A DNA stretch of 64,000 nt, from NCBI GenBank assembly GCA_963674965.2, contig CAXXFL010000001.1, positions 736,001 through 800,000 of the forward strand. Reading direction: 5' to 3'. This DNA comes from a bacterium (GTDB taxonomy: Bacteria; RBG-13-61-14; DATKZS01). Position 1 is the stretch's first letter. Every line of letters starts with the position of its first letter. This document shows, one piece after another, positions 39,827 through 48,453 of this stretch. Below the pieces are notes generated by a model that made no database searches, was not told the DNA's origin, and was given only the letters and a program-made list of their open reading frames with translations. Made by a program: the position numbers and the translations under genes.

Positions 39827-40800
39827 CTCGGGACGGCCACCTCCTGGAGCACGCGATTGACTACCTCGGGAACCGTCAGGCCCTCGATCTCGTACTCGGG
39901 ACGGAGTATAAGACGATGCTCGAGCACGGGCAGGGCCATGCTCTTAACGTCGTCGGGAGAGACAAAGTCTCGTCCCTCCAGCGCCGCCCGGACCCGGCTG
40001 GACAAAAGAAGCGCCTGGGTGGCGCGGGGACCGGCGCCCACCAGAACGCTTTCGTTCGAGCGCGTCCTTCTTACGATCTCGACCATATAGGCCACCAGTT
40101 CGGCCCTTACCGTGACGAGCTGGAATATCTGACGCAGCTTCCCGAGTTGTTCCGCCGTCATGACGGGGTTGACCTCGCCCCTCTCGAGGATGGCCTCGGG
40201 AGAGTTCTGACCCAGCATGCGCTCGGCAAGCCCTATCTCCTCTTCCCTGCCGGGAAAGCCCATGCTGATCTTGAGCATGAACCTGTCCTTTTGGGCCTCG
40301 GGAAGAGGATAGGTACCCTCGTACTCGATGGGGTTCTGAGTGGCGAACACGGTGAAATTGGGCGAGAGCTTGTGGGTGGCCACGTCTATGGTCACGGCCC
40401 GCTCCTGCATGGCCTGCAAGAGGGCGGACTGGGTCTTGGCCGGGGCTCGGTTGATCTCGTCGGCCAACAGGAACGTGGTGAAGACGGGTCCCTTTACCAG
40501 GGTGAACTCGTTCATCTTCATGTTGAAGACGTTGGTCCCCGTGATGTCGGCCGGCATGAGGTCGGGAGTGAACTGGATGCGGGCGAAATCTACCCCCAGC
40601 ACTTTGGCCAGGGTCCTGACCAGGAGGGTCTTGGCCACGCCGGGCACTCCCTCGATAAGAGCGTGCTGGTTGGTGAATATGGCGATAAGGGCCTTGTCCG
40701 TCGCGTCGGTCTGGCCGATTATCACCTTGCCTATCTCCTGGCGGGCCTTTTGCAGGGCGTTCTTGAGATAGTCGAGATACTCCTGGTTCCTGTTGGACAT
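39823..40800 (-). CDS. moxR: MoxR family AAA+ ATPase
   Basis: EGVPGVAKT, RIQFTPDLMPADITG, ADEINR, ATQNPIEYEGTYPLPEAQKDRF. Confidence 0.95.
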   Translation of the reverse strand: MSNRNQEYLDYLKNALQKARQEIGKVIIGQTDATDKALIAIFTNQHALIEGVPGVAKTLLVRTLAKVLGVDFARIQFTPDLMPADITGTNVFNMKMNEFTLVKGPVFTTFLLADEINRAPAKTQSALLQAMQERAVTIDVATHKLSPNFTVFATQNPIEYEGTYPLPEAQKDRFMLKISMGFPGREEEIGLAERMLGQNSPEAILERGEVNPVMTAEQLGKLRQIFQLVTVRAELVAYMVEIVRRTRSNESVLVGAGPRATQALLLSSRVRAALEGRDFVSPDDVKSMALPVLEHRLILRPEYEIEGLTVPEVVNRVLQEVAVPR

Positions 40801-40801
40801 G

Positions 40802-42160
40802 CTATTTCCTTTCAGCCACAATCCGGCATATTCTCACGTAGGCCCGGGCGAGATTCCCGTCGCCCAGGGGCCTGTTCCTCTCCTCGGCCACCACTTGCTC
40901 GACGGCGCGGGTCTTCCTGACCGTCCGCTCGTTGGGCCTGCCCAGCGACCGTTTCCACTCGTCCAGGCAGACCGTAAGGAGAGTGGACGCGGGCACGCTT
41001 CTTTTAAGAAGGTTGACCAGTCCGGCGGTCGCGTCCTTTCCCGTCTCGACGTTTTCCTCGGCCGGGTCCCGCTTGGGAGTGAGGCTCGAGGCGTTCTTCC
41101 ATATATACAGGACCGCCGCGATTATTAGGGCGATAAGGAGGGCGTGTATCCTGTACTTTCTCATCAGGGTCATGGTTCCCTCCTTGCGCGCTATCCCGAA
41201 ATGGAACTCGTCGAATATGACGTCGCTGGAGGGGCCGACCATCCAGGCCAGAAGATGGGGACGTCTTTCCGTCCTCATGGCCTCGTTGCTGATGAAGTAT
41301 GAATCCGAGGAAAGGACTATCGTGCCTTGGCCGAAATCTCTCTCCATTATCACCGGGTCGCCTTCCCGCTCGTACAGGACGCGCCAGGCGGGGGCCGGGT
41401 CCCCAAAGTAAAGAGCGGAGTGCCAGGAAAGCTTCGGCGGCAGCCAGTCCTTGTCGAGGTCGCTTAAGAGGGCCTTGCCCTCCCCGAAGGACTCGGTCGT
41501 GTCTCCGGACAGGGGCTTGTATTGAAAGGAGAAGCCCCACCTGTCATCCACCGAGACCAAATTGGGCGTAAACGGAAATAACTCGGCGCCGTCCTCCCCT
41601 TCGTCGTCTTCGCTTTTTTCTTCCCGGGCTTCTTGATTTTCCTTTTTGGGAGGCGGTTTGGAGGCTTCTTCTTTTCCCTCCTTCTCTTCCTCCTCCTTGA
41701 TCGGCTCGTCCGGCTCGTCCTGGCTTTTCTTGGATTCCTCGGCCAGCTCGTCGATCTTTTTCTTGAAGTCCTCGTTAACGTTTTCCAGGCAGCACGGTCC
41801 GGACCCCACCGGGAAGAAGGCTATCACCAGCCGGCCGCCCTCCGCCACGAAGGCCTCGAGTCGCTCGATCACGTCCTCCGGGTCCCGGCTTAAATTGGCT
41901 CCCGTGAAAATCAGCGTCCTTCCGTTGCCGCTTTCCAGCTCGGTAAAGGGCCGTATATTTCGTCTCGTCGATACTCCTTGCAGGTCGTCGAGAGACTCGT
42001 AAAGGGCGCGCGCTCCAAGGGGATCGCTTCGATATGAGGAGTAAGGCGGGTAGACGTCGCCGGTCTCGAAGGACAGGTCGAAGAGGGCCACTATCCCGCC
42101 GGCGAAGGCCACAAGGATGACGCCGAGCATCAGCGCGATATATTTATTGTCTCGCGCCAT
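40802..42160 (-). CDS. DUF4350 domain membrane-anchored protein
   Basis: N-terminal TM, SSYRSDPLGARALY, GQGTIVL, ISNEAM, FDEFH, C-terminal TM; position in the MoxR cluster. Confidence 0.8.
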   Translation of the reverse strand: MARDNKYIALMLGVILVAFAGGIVALFDLSFETGDVYPPYSSYRSDPLGARALYESLDDLQGVSTRRNIRPFTELESGNGRTLIFTGANLSRDPEDVIERLEAFVAEGGRLVIAFFPVGSGPCCLENVNEDFKKKIDELAEESKKSQDEPDEPIKEEEEKEGKEEASKPPPKKENQEAREEKSEDDEGEDGAELFPFTPNLVSVDDRWGFSFQYKPLSGDTTESFGEGKALLSDLDKDWLPPKLSWHSALYFGDPAPAWRVLYEREGDPVIMERDFGQGTIVLSSDSYFISNEAMRTERRPHLLAWMVGPSSDVIFDEFHFGIARKEGTMTLMRKYRIHALLIALIIAAVLYIWKNASSLTPKRDPAEENVETGKDATAGLVNLLKRSVPASTLLTVCLDEWKRSLGRPNERTVRKTRAVEQVVAEERNRPLGDGNLARAYVRICRIVAERK

Positions 42161-43988
42161 TGATCCTGAGCCTTTGCCGCCTGGCCAATATTTCGTCCAC
42201 CGCGGCGCGGTCCGCCGGGTGGGTCCCGTACCATACCGACTCGAAAACCCTGGCCGACTCGGAAAAGGTCTCTAGAAGCTCGGGGGCCTCGTGGGACCGC
42301 CTGGCCAGCTCGAGCATGTAGTCGCGGTTGGATTTGAACTTGGCGATGAATACAAGACCGTCCCTGGACAACTGGGCCAGGGTCGCCAAAAAGACGGCCC
42401 GGAGGGCCAGCCGGAACTCCGCTTTTTCCATGAGCTCCCTGGCCAGGGCTATCCACTCGTCCTCGGGCAGGTCGGCGGCCGTGGTTCGCTCGTCCTCCAG
42501 GTCGGGGGGCGCCGCCATGGCCTCGGCCTCGATTTGATGCGTCTCTCCCTCCCCGCGCTTTTGCCAAAGCCGGAGGAGAAAAATAGCCGCCACGCAAAGA
42601 ACGACGGCCACGAGTACGTAGAAAAGCACCTGAATAAAGCCGCTGAAATCCGGCATGGAGAAAGAGCCGTCATGATTGAGCGGGACTTGTCGCTGGGGGA
42701 ACAGGTCCCGGAACCAATCTCGGATATCCTTCAGCCATTCCCCCGCGGTCTTGCCCCATTTCTTGATCGTTTCCGACAGGCCCCGTAAAAAGGAACTTAT
42801 GATGCCTTCCCGTTCCTCGGGCGCGATACGGGGCATGCGCCATTTGTATCTTCTTTCCTCAAGCTCGGACGCGATGGCCCGGTCCAGTTCCTCGGCCCTC
42901 GAGCCGGCCGCGACTTTTTCTCCCGGCTGGTCATTGTCTTGCGCCAGGGAAAGGGAGGGAGAAAAAAGAGTTGAAGCGGTTAGGGCGAACAAGACCGCGG
43001 CCAGGGTGGCCCGGGTCCTCTTGTGGGACAGGCGCTTAATCTCGATCTTCAGGTCCTCCCCCGTTTTAAGGGAGCTTCCATAAAAGCACCTCAGCACGTA
43101 TGCGGCCTTGATGAAGGGGTCCATGCAAAGATAGGTGACGCCGCAGGTGACCGCGTAAAAGGAAGCGTTATACAAGGCCCCGGGGTTCTCGTGGTAGGGA
43201 GTGCTCACGCCCAGGAGCATGTGGAGAAGAGTCGGCATGATGGATATGGCGACCCCCACGTTGACGGCGACCAGTATTCCAAAGGGGCTTAGTAGAACGA
43301 ACATCACGCCGAAAATAAAGCTGAACAGGCCGATGAAAACGTCGGCCCAGTCCGGCGAGGCGGCGGCCGTCGAGGGAATGAGAACAAGGAATACTCCCGC
43401 CGCCGCGACCACTAATATCGGGCTCAGCACCCAGATGATCACGGCGTTTTGCCGCTTCCACAAGGAAGCCTGATACAGGGCGCGGCCGACCAGGTCGCGG
43501 ATCGTCCCCTTTTCTCCGTCGTCCATTACCGTGAAGTTCTGAAAAAAGGCGTAGGCGCCGGGAAAGAATATGACGAAGGGAAGCGTGATGGTCATGGCGA
43601 ACAGGCCGATGGGCTGGATGGCCGCCTGCCTCGCGGCCAGGCGCATGAACCTTATCAGGCTGGGCCTGGGAGGCTCGTCTCCCAGCAACTGCCTTCTTAG
43701 GTCTCCCGCGTAAATCGACTGCCACGTCTTCATCCAGGGGAACAGGATGGCCAGGGCAATGGCGGCCCGGGGCAGCGTAATATGGGCGTCGGCGCTTTTG
43801 CCCATGTCGGCCCAGAAAAATAATAGCGCCAGCACGAAGGGAGCCGAGCCTATGAAATAGGCCAGCAGCGCCCGGGGCGGAGAAAGACGGACGAGATGGA
43901 AGGCCTCCTCGATAATGTCGAAGGGCGGCATGCCGTCGAAAAATTTCTTCCTCGGCCTCAGCATTATTCCATGAATCCCTTTTTCCAT
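42144..43988 (-). CDS. Multi-pass membrane protein with C-terminal DUF4129 domain
   Basis: Many TMs; C-terminal ALRAVF...KSNRDY...FESVWYG. Start uncertain (43988 or 43964). Confidence 0.8.
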   Translation of the reverse strand: MEKGIHGIMLRPRKKFFDGMPPFDIIEEAFHLVRLSPPRALLAYFIGSAPFVLALLFFWADMGKSADAHITLPRAAIALAILFPWMKTWQSIYAGDLRRQLLGDEPPRPSLIRFMRLAARQAAIQPIGLFAMTITLPFVIFFPGAYAFFQNFTVMDDGEKGTIRDLVGRALYQASLWKRQNAVIIWVLSPILVVAAAGVFLVLIPSTAAASPDWADVFIGLFSFIFGVMFVLLSPFGILVAVNVGVAISIMPTLLHMLLGVSTPYHENPGALYNASFYAVTCGVTYLCMDPFIKAAYVLRCFYGSSLKTGEDLKIEIKRLSHKRTRATLAAVLFALTASTLFSPSLSLAQDNDQPGEKVAAGSRAEELDRAIASELEERRYKWRMPRIAPEEREGIISSFLRGLSETIKKWGKTAGEWLKDIRDWFRDLFPQRQVPLNHDGSFSMPDFSGFIQVLFYVLVAVVLCVAAIFLLRLWQKRGEGETHQIEAEAMAAPPDLEDERTTAADLPEDEWIALARELMEKAEFRLALRAVFLATLAQLSRDGLVFIAKFKSNRDYMLELARRSHEAPELLETFSESARVFESVWYGTHPADRAAVDEILARRQRLRINGARQ

Positions 43989-44287
43989 ACCTGTCCCTCA
44001 TGGAAGGACGAGGGAAGGTTTAAAAGCGACTGGCCAACCAGCAGGAAGAAAAGCCAGGCCAGGATAACGCCAAGGGCCATCTGAAGAGCGGCCGCGGCGA
44101 AGCCAAATCTGGAGAAGCGGCGAGACTTGCCCTCCGCGATCTTGGCCAGGCAGGCGGCGCACACCATGCGGTGCTCGTGCTCGGTCACGCACTCGCGGCA
44201 GAAATAGTTGCCGCACTCGAGGCATTGGGCGGCGGCTTCCCTATCCGCGTGGTTGAAGCACCGCTGGCCGGCAAGGACTCGCTCCAT
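43964..44287 (-). CDS. B-box-type Zn-finger protein with C-terminal TM
   Basis: CFNH...CLEC...FCREC...CAAC followed by a hydrophobic helix. Confidence 0.8.
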   Translation of the reverse strand: MERVLAGQRCFNHADREAAAQCLECGNYFCRECVTEHEHRMVCAACLAKIAEGKSRRFSRFGFAAAALQMALGVILAWLFFLLVGQSLLNLPSSFHEGQVWKKGFME

Positions 44288-45075
44288 TATTCCTCCTCCT
44301 TGCCGGGCGCGGGATTGGACGGACCGGGAACCGCGCCGGTCCCGCCGTCCGTCCGGTAATAGTCGTCAAGCGACGGCCGCGCCGGGGCCCCCGTCTGGGC
44401 CTGGGGCCATCCACCCGGGGGCGGGGCCGCGGTAGTCTGGGGGCCTTGCCACGCCGGTCCTTGCGCCTGGCCCGGGTAAGAGGGCTGAGCCGCCTGGTTA
44501 GTCTGGCGAGGCTGATAGCCGTAAAAGGCGAAAGGCGAGGCCATAACGTCGATCCTGACGTCAGGATACCGGTCCAAAACGTCGCTCGCCAGCCGGCCCT
44601 GCGAGCGCTCGATGAGCGGAACCAGAATGGCCAGGGTCTTCTCGGCCATCCTCACGCGGGAGAGGGAATAGAGCCTCTCGACCTGGACCGCCGTGTGCAC
44701 CCGCGTCACGCAGGTCGGTCCCATGGCCGCGGTTGCAAGGGCCATGATAAGCGGCACAAACGCGATTATGCTGAAGATGGCCCCGGGGACCGCGTTGGTT
44801 TTGATGGCGGCGAAAAAGATCATGGCCAAAAAGGCGAAGAAGGCGGCCGCGACGACAAGCCCGATGATGACGTAAAGGTTGGTCCGTGTCCGGGTCACGG
44901 TAATGGCCTGCACGTCGTTAAAATAAAACCTCTTGCACTCCTCGGTGAACTGGTTCCTTTTGAGGAAAACCAAATGATCGCTAGCCATCCACAGTTCGTA
45001 CCGAGCGGAGTTTATAAGATAGAAAAACTCGCGAGGCTTGCCGGGCAGCTTCTTCAGTTTTATATCCTTGGCCAT
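44287..45075 (-). CDS. Hypothetical 2-TM protein with Pro/Gln-rich C-terminal tail
   Basis: Operonic spacing; PH-like N-terminal segment, two TMs, low-complexity tail. Confidence 0.78.
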   Translation of the reverse strand: MAKDIKLKKLPGKPREFFYLINSARYELWMASDHLVFLKRNQFTEECKRFYFNDVQAITVTRTRTNLYVIIGLVVAAAFFAFLAMIFFAAIKTNAVPGAIFSIIAFVPLIMALATAAMGPTCVTRVHTAVQVERLYSLSRVRMAEKTLAILVPLIERSQGRLASDVLDRYPDVRIDVMASPFAFYGYQPRQTNQAAQPSYPGQAQGPAWQGPQTTAAPPPGGWPQAQTGAPARPSLDDYYRTDGGTGAVPGPSNPAPGKEEE

Positions 45076-45077
45076 GG

Positions 45078-45650
45078 TTAGACCCCAAAAACCCTTATGG
45101 CGTAAACGCCCCAAAGAGCCAGGGTAAGAAGGGCGATGGCCATGGCCGCCACGAACCTTATTTTAGTCCTGCCCACGAAGCTGTCCTGCTTTTTCCAGTA
45201 CCTTATGCAGATATATATTACGACGGGCGCCGTTAAAAAGGATACGATCCAGAAAAACATGGATATCAGAGCAATGAACAGGGCTATCGAGTCGTAATAA
45301 TAGTGCTTGGCGGCGGTTTCCTCGATTTTACCGCTTCCCACTCCGCCGCTCACGCAGGAGGGGCAAAGACGGCGTCCGCTCCAGTCGATGCTGCAAAGGT
45401 CGCAAAGGAACCTGCCGCAACCGTCGCAGGCGACGACCGCCTTTTTATTGGGATGGTAAAAGCAGCCGCTTTCGCCGTCTACCACCACGTCCTGTCCCTT
45501 CTTGCCCACCTCGACCTTGAGGAGGGCGGGAAAGGCGTTGGCCGAGACGGCGGACTTGCAGCGCGGACACTCGCCCGACGGACTCGAGTCGATCAGGGGC
45601 AAAGTCATCCAGGTCGAGCAGTTGCCGCAATGTGAGCCTAAATAATACAA
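45078..45650 (-). CDS. Zn-ribbon plus B-box-type Zn-finger membrane protein
   Basis: CGNC/CPRC, then CFYHP...CDGC...CDLC...CPSC, followed by 2-3 TMs. Confidence 0.8.
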   Translation of the reverse strand: MYYLGSHCGNCSTWMTLPLIDSSPSGECPRCKSAVSANAFPALLKVEVGKKGQDVVVDGESGCFYHPNKKAVVACDGCGRFLCDLCSIDWSGRRLCPSCVSGGVGSGKIEETAAKHYYYDSIALFIALISMFFWIVSFLTAPVVIYICIRYWKKQDSFVGRTKIRFVAAMAIALLTLALWGVYAIRVFGV

Positions 45651-45656
45651 GGTTTC

Positions 45657-46694
45657 TTAATACCTCCTGATCACCCTGGTGTTCACGATGAAGTCGTGCA
45701 GGGTCCTTTTTTGCTCGTCGAACAGGGGAATGAAGTATCCCAGGTAACAAGTCATCATGCTGACGAACTCGGAAAGGGTCCGCAGGAAAGCCTTAAGGTA
45801 GGACAACCGGGACCAGTCCGCGTTCACCGCCACCATGCCAAGGGCCATTTTTCCCGGCGTGGCCGCGTACTTGCCGAGAAACAAGGTGTTGTATACGAGG
45901 GGGGTGGCGATCTGGAAGAAATACATGAAGACCATCATGACGATAAAGGCCGGCTCGGGTTTGTCTCCGCTTCCCACCGTGTCGGACACTCCGACTATGG
46001 CGAACATCATCATCATGATTACGACCTGGAACAAGGCGTAGATCATGTAGATAATAAAGGCGTCGATGATCTTGGCCAGGGCCCTTCTCCAGAACTCGGC
46101 GTAGATGGGGACCGCCTGGAGGGGAACGCCCTCCCGGAGTCTCTGGAAAAAGATGGGCTTACACTCGGCGCAAACGTAGTTGTCCTCGTACCTTATCATT
46201 TCCTCGGGGGCAAAGCCCCGGCCGCAGGAGACGCAGGTCGGAAGGCCCCAATTAGCCTGGGGCGAGGCTTGGCCGTGAGCGAGGGAATCGTAGCGTTGCC
46301 AGTTGGCCATGCCGGGGGTCCAGACGAGGGAGTCGCCGCCCACGCGGCCTGACGCGACCAGACGGCCGATCTCCTTCCTCGAGACGGGACCGTTTCTTTG
46401 CTGGCCCACGGCGTAATACCAGTTTGCCGCCTCGTCCTGTTTTTGCTCCGCCTCGGAAGGCGCGGCCCGGGCCGCTATCGGCCTGGCCGGTTCCGCCGGC
46501 GCCTGTACGGGGGCGGCGGGCGCGGCGGGCGCGGCGGAGGAGGGACCGGCCTCGGACCATTTTTTCCAGCCGGCCATTCCCTTTCGCCATACCAGGGTAT
46601 CGGGAGCGATCACTCCCGTCTCGACCAGGGCGTCGAACTCCAGGTCGTCCACCGGGCCCATCCTCTCGTTATTTTTGGCGTAATACCAGGCCAA
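45657..46694 (-). CDS. GYF_2-GYF_2-Zn ribbon-RDD protein (paralog D)
   Basis: Two WYY..GPV..LVW..GM..W units, CVSC/CAEC, FWRRALAKIID, ATPGKM, LHD...TRV. Confidence 0.88.
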   Translation of the reverse strand: MAWYYAKNNERMGPVDDLEFDALVETGVIAPDTLVWRKGMAGWKKWSEAGPSSAAPAAPAAPVQAPAEPARPIAARAAPSEAEQKQDEAANWYYAVGQQRNGPVSRKEIGRLVASGRVGGDSLVWTPGMANWQRYDSLAHGQASPQANWGLPTCVSCGRGFAPEEMIRYEDNYVCAECKPIFFQRLREGVPLQAVPIYAEFWRRALAKIIDAFIIYMIYALFQVVIMMMMFAIVGVSDTVGSGDKPEPAFIVMMVFMYFFQIATPLVYNTLFLGKYAATPGKMALGMVAVNADWSRLSYLKAFLRTLSEFVSMMTCYLGYFIPLFDEQKRTLHDFIVNTRVIRRY

Positions 46695-46853
46695 TAATAG
46701 GTTTCCTCCTTAGGGCTTTAAAGCCCGCGCTCCAGATTACAAATTATAGCCCATGGATACAAGGCCGTCACCCCCGAGGGGCTGTTTTTATTAACGCCTA
46801 TTGGAGCTTAACCTTTTCCCATGCGCTTTATTTTATCCCGTGCTTATAATCCC

Positions 46854-47594
46854 TCAAGGTTTCCGGATAACCCTTGTATCGAGGATTCTATCGTGCAGGG
46901 CTCTTTTTTCGACGTCGAAAGCGGCCATAAAGTATCCGATCATTAAAGTCATCTGACTTACCAGTTCGCCGAATTGCCTTCCAAAGGCGTCCATATAGTC
47001 TATTCTTCCGCCGCCACGTTTTATTACGATCAGACCAAAGAGCATTTTCCCGGGGGTCGCGGAAAATATGCCCAAAAAGAATGTAGTATAGACAAGACCT
47101 AGCGCGAAATAAGGAATATATAAAAAGGCCATATTTAAACCTAAAAGGACAACTGGTCCAAATCCTGTAAATTTTGGTCTTAAGTAGAAAGTGTAAAAAG
47201 ACAGCAGAACGCTAACAATAACAAGGTCCACAATCTTGGCCGCGCCCCGAATCCAGAACCCGGCATAGGAGAAAAAAACCTTCTCTCTTTGCACGCCCTC
47301 CCTGACGCGCTGGAAAAAGACGTTCTTGCATTCGGCGCAAAGGAAAATCCCCTCGTATCGGACCATCTCCTCGGGATTTGCCAGGCGCCCGCATTCGGCG
47401 CAGGGGACGTTCCCCGCGGCGTCGCGTCCGGTAAGGAAGCCGTATGGTCTCCATTGACTCATGCCCGGCCGCCAGACCATAGTGTCATCGGCTATCCTGC
47501 CTTTTTCCACCAGGGCCATGAACTCCCTCTCCTCAACCGGTCCCATCTTCTTGTGCGCTCTCGCGTAATACCAGGCCACGAAAAAACTCTCCAT
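46854..47594 (-). CDS. GYF_2-Zn ribbon-RDD protein (paralog C)
   Basis: WYY..GPV..MVWRPGMSQW, CAEC/CAEC, AGFWIRGAAKIVD, ATPGKM, ALHD. Confidence 0.88.
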   Translation of the reverse strand: MESFFVAWYYARAHKKMGPVEEREFMALVEKGRIADDTMVWRPGMSQWRPYGFLTGRDAAGNVPCAECGRLANPEEMVRYEGIFLCAECKNVFFQRVREGVQREKVFFSYAGFWIRGAAKIVDLVIVSVLLSFYTFYLRPKFTGFGPVVLLGLNMAFLYIPYFALGLVYTTFFLGIFSATPGKMLFGLIVIKRGGGRIDYMDAFGRQFGELVSQMTLMIGYFMAAFDVEKRALHDRILDTRVIRKP

Positions 47595-47665
47595 TCAGCC
47601 AAGAGGAGGACAATCCCGGATAGGCAAGATTATTGTTTCTCGATATGCCAAGTAATGGCCACTCC

Positions 47666-48439
47666 TTACCTCTTAATGAACACCCTGGTGTCGCAAAGAC
47701 GATCGTGCAGGGTCCTTTTCTCGTCGTCGAAAATAGCGACGGCGTATCCCGCCAGGCCGCTTAATAAACTTAGATTCTCCGTAAGGACCCTGAAAAAAGC
47801 ACGCCCATAGGTAAGCTTTGTGCCGTCGGACCTAAGGACGATGAGGCCCGAAAACATCTTGCCGGGGGTCGCGGAGTATCTGCCCAGGAAAAACGAGGGA
47901 TACATGATATATGCAATGCTTGCCAGCGCGAAAAGACCGTAATAAAAAACACCGTAACCCCAAATGCCGGTTACAATCTGCCTCAGAAAGAAAAAAGGAA
48001 AGAATAGCAATATAAGATCGGCTAATTTCGCTCCGGCCCTGGATGCAAAATCCGCGTAAGGGGATGAATTAACGGAAATGGAAAAAAAGTACTCCCATCC
48101 ACCTACCCCTTCCCTGGCGCGCTGGAAAAAGGCGGGCTTGCATCCGATGCACACGAATATATCCCGATATGCCAGAGTTTCCTCGCGAGGGATGAAGCGC
48201 CCGCACATGGAACAAAAGACTTCATCGGACTCCGGGTTTTGCGCTTTATAGGCCCCGTAAGTTTGCCATCGATTCATTCCCGGGCGCCAGACCACGGCGT
48301 TAGCTTTTATTCTTCCCTCCGCCGCCATGGCCTTGAATTCCTCATCGCTCAGGGGTCCCCATCTTTGACCCTTGTCCATGAGATACCAGCCATCCCCGGA
48401 AGAGGCGTTTTCATCGGTCAGCTTCTCTTGGGACTCCAT
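47666..48439 (-). CDS. GYF_2-Zn ribbon-RDD protein (paralog B)
   Basis: WYL..GPL..VWRPGM, CSMC/CIGC, ASRAGAKLAD, ATPGKM, TLHD. Confidence 0.87.
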   Translation of the reverse strand: MESQEKLTDENASSGDGWYLMDKGQRWGPLSDEEFKAMAAEGRIKANAVVWRPGMNRWQTYGAYKAQNPESDEVFCSMCGRFIPREETLAYRDIFVCIGCKPAFFQRAREGVGGWEYFFSISVNSSPYADFASRAGAKLADLILLFFPFFFLRQIVTGIWGYGVFYYGLFALASIAYIMYPSFFLGRYSATPGKMFSGLIVLRSDGTKLTYGRAFFRVLTENLSLLSGLAGYAVAIFDDEKRTLHDRLCDTRVFIKR

Positions 48440-48453
48440 ATCCAGCTCTTTCC

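Noticed and set aside
38492-40090. 532-aa plus-strand ORF
   Set aside because: Antisense shadow of DUF58/MoxR, typical of high-GC DNA; no motifs.
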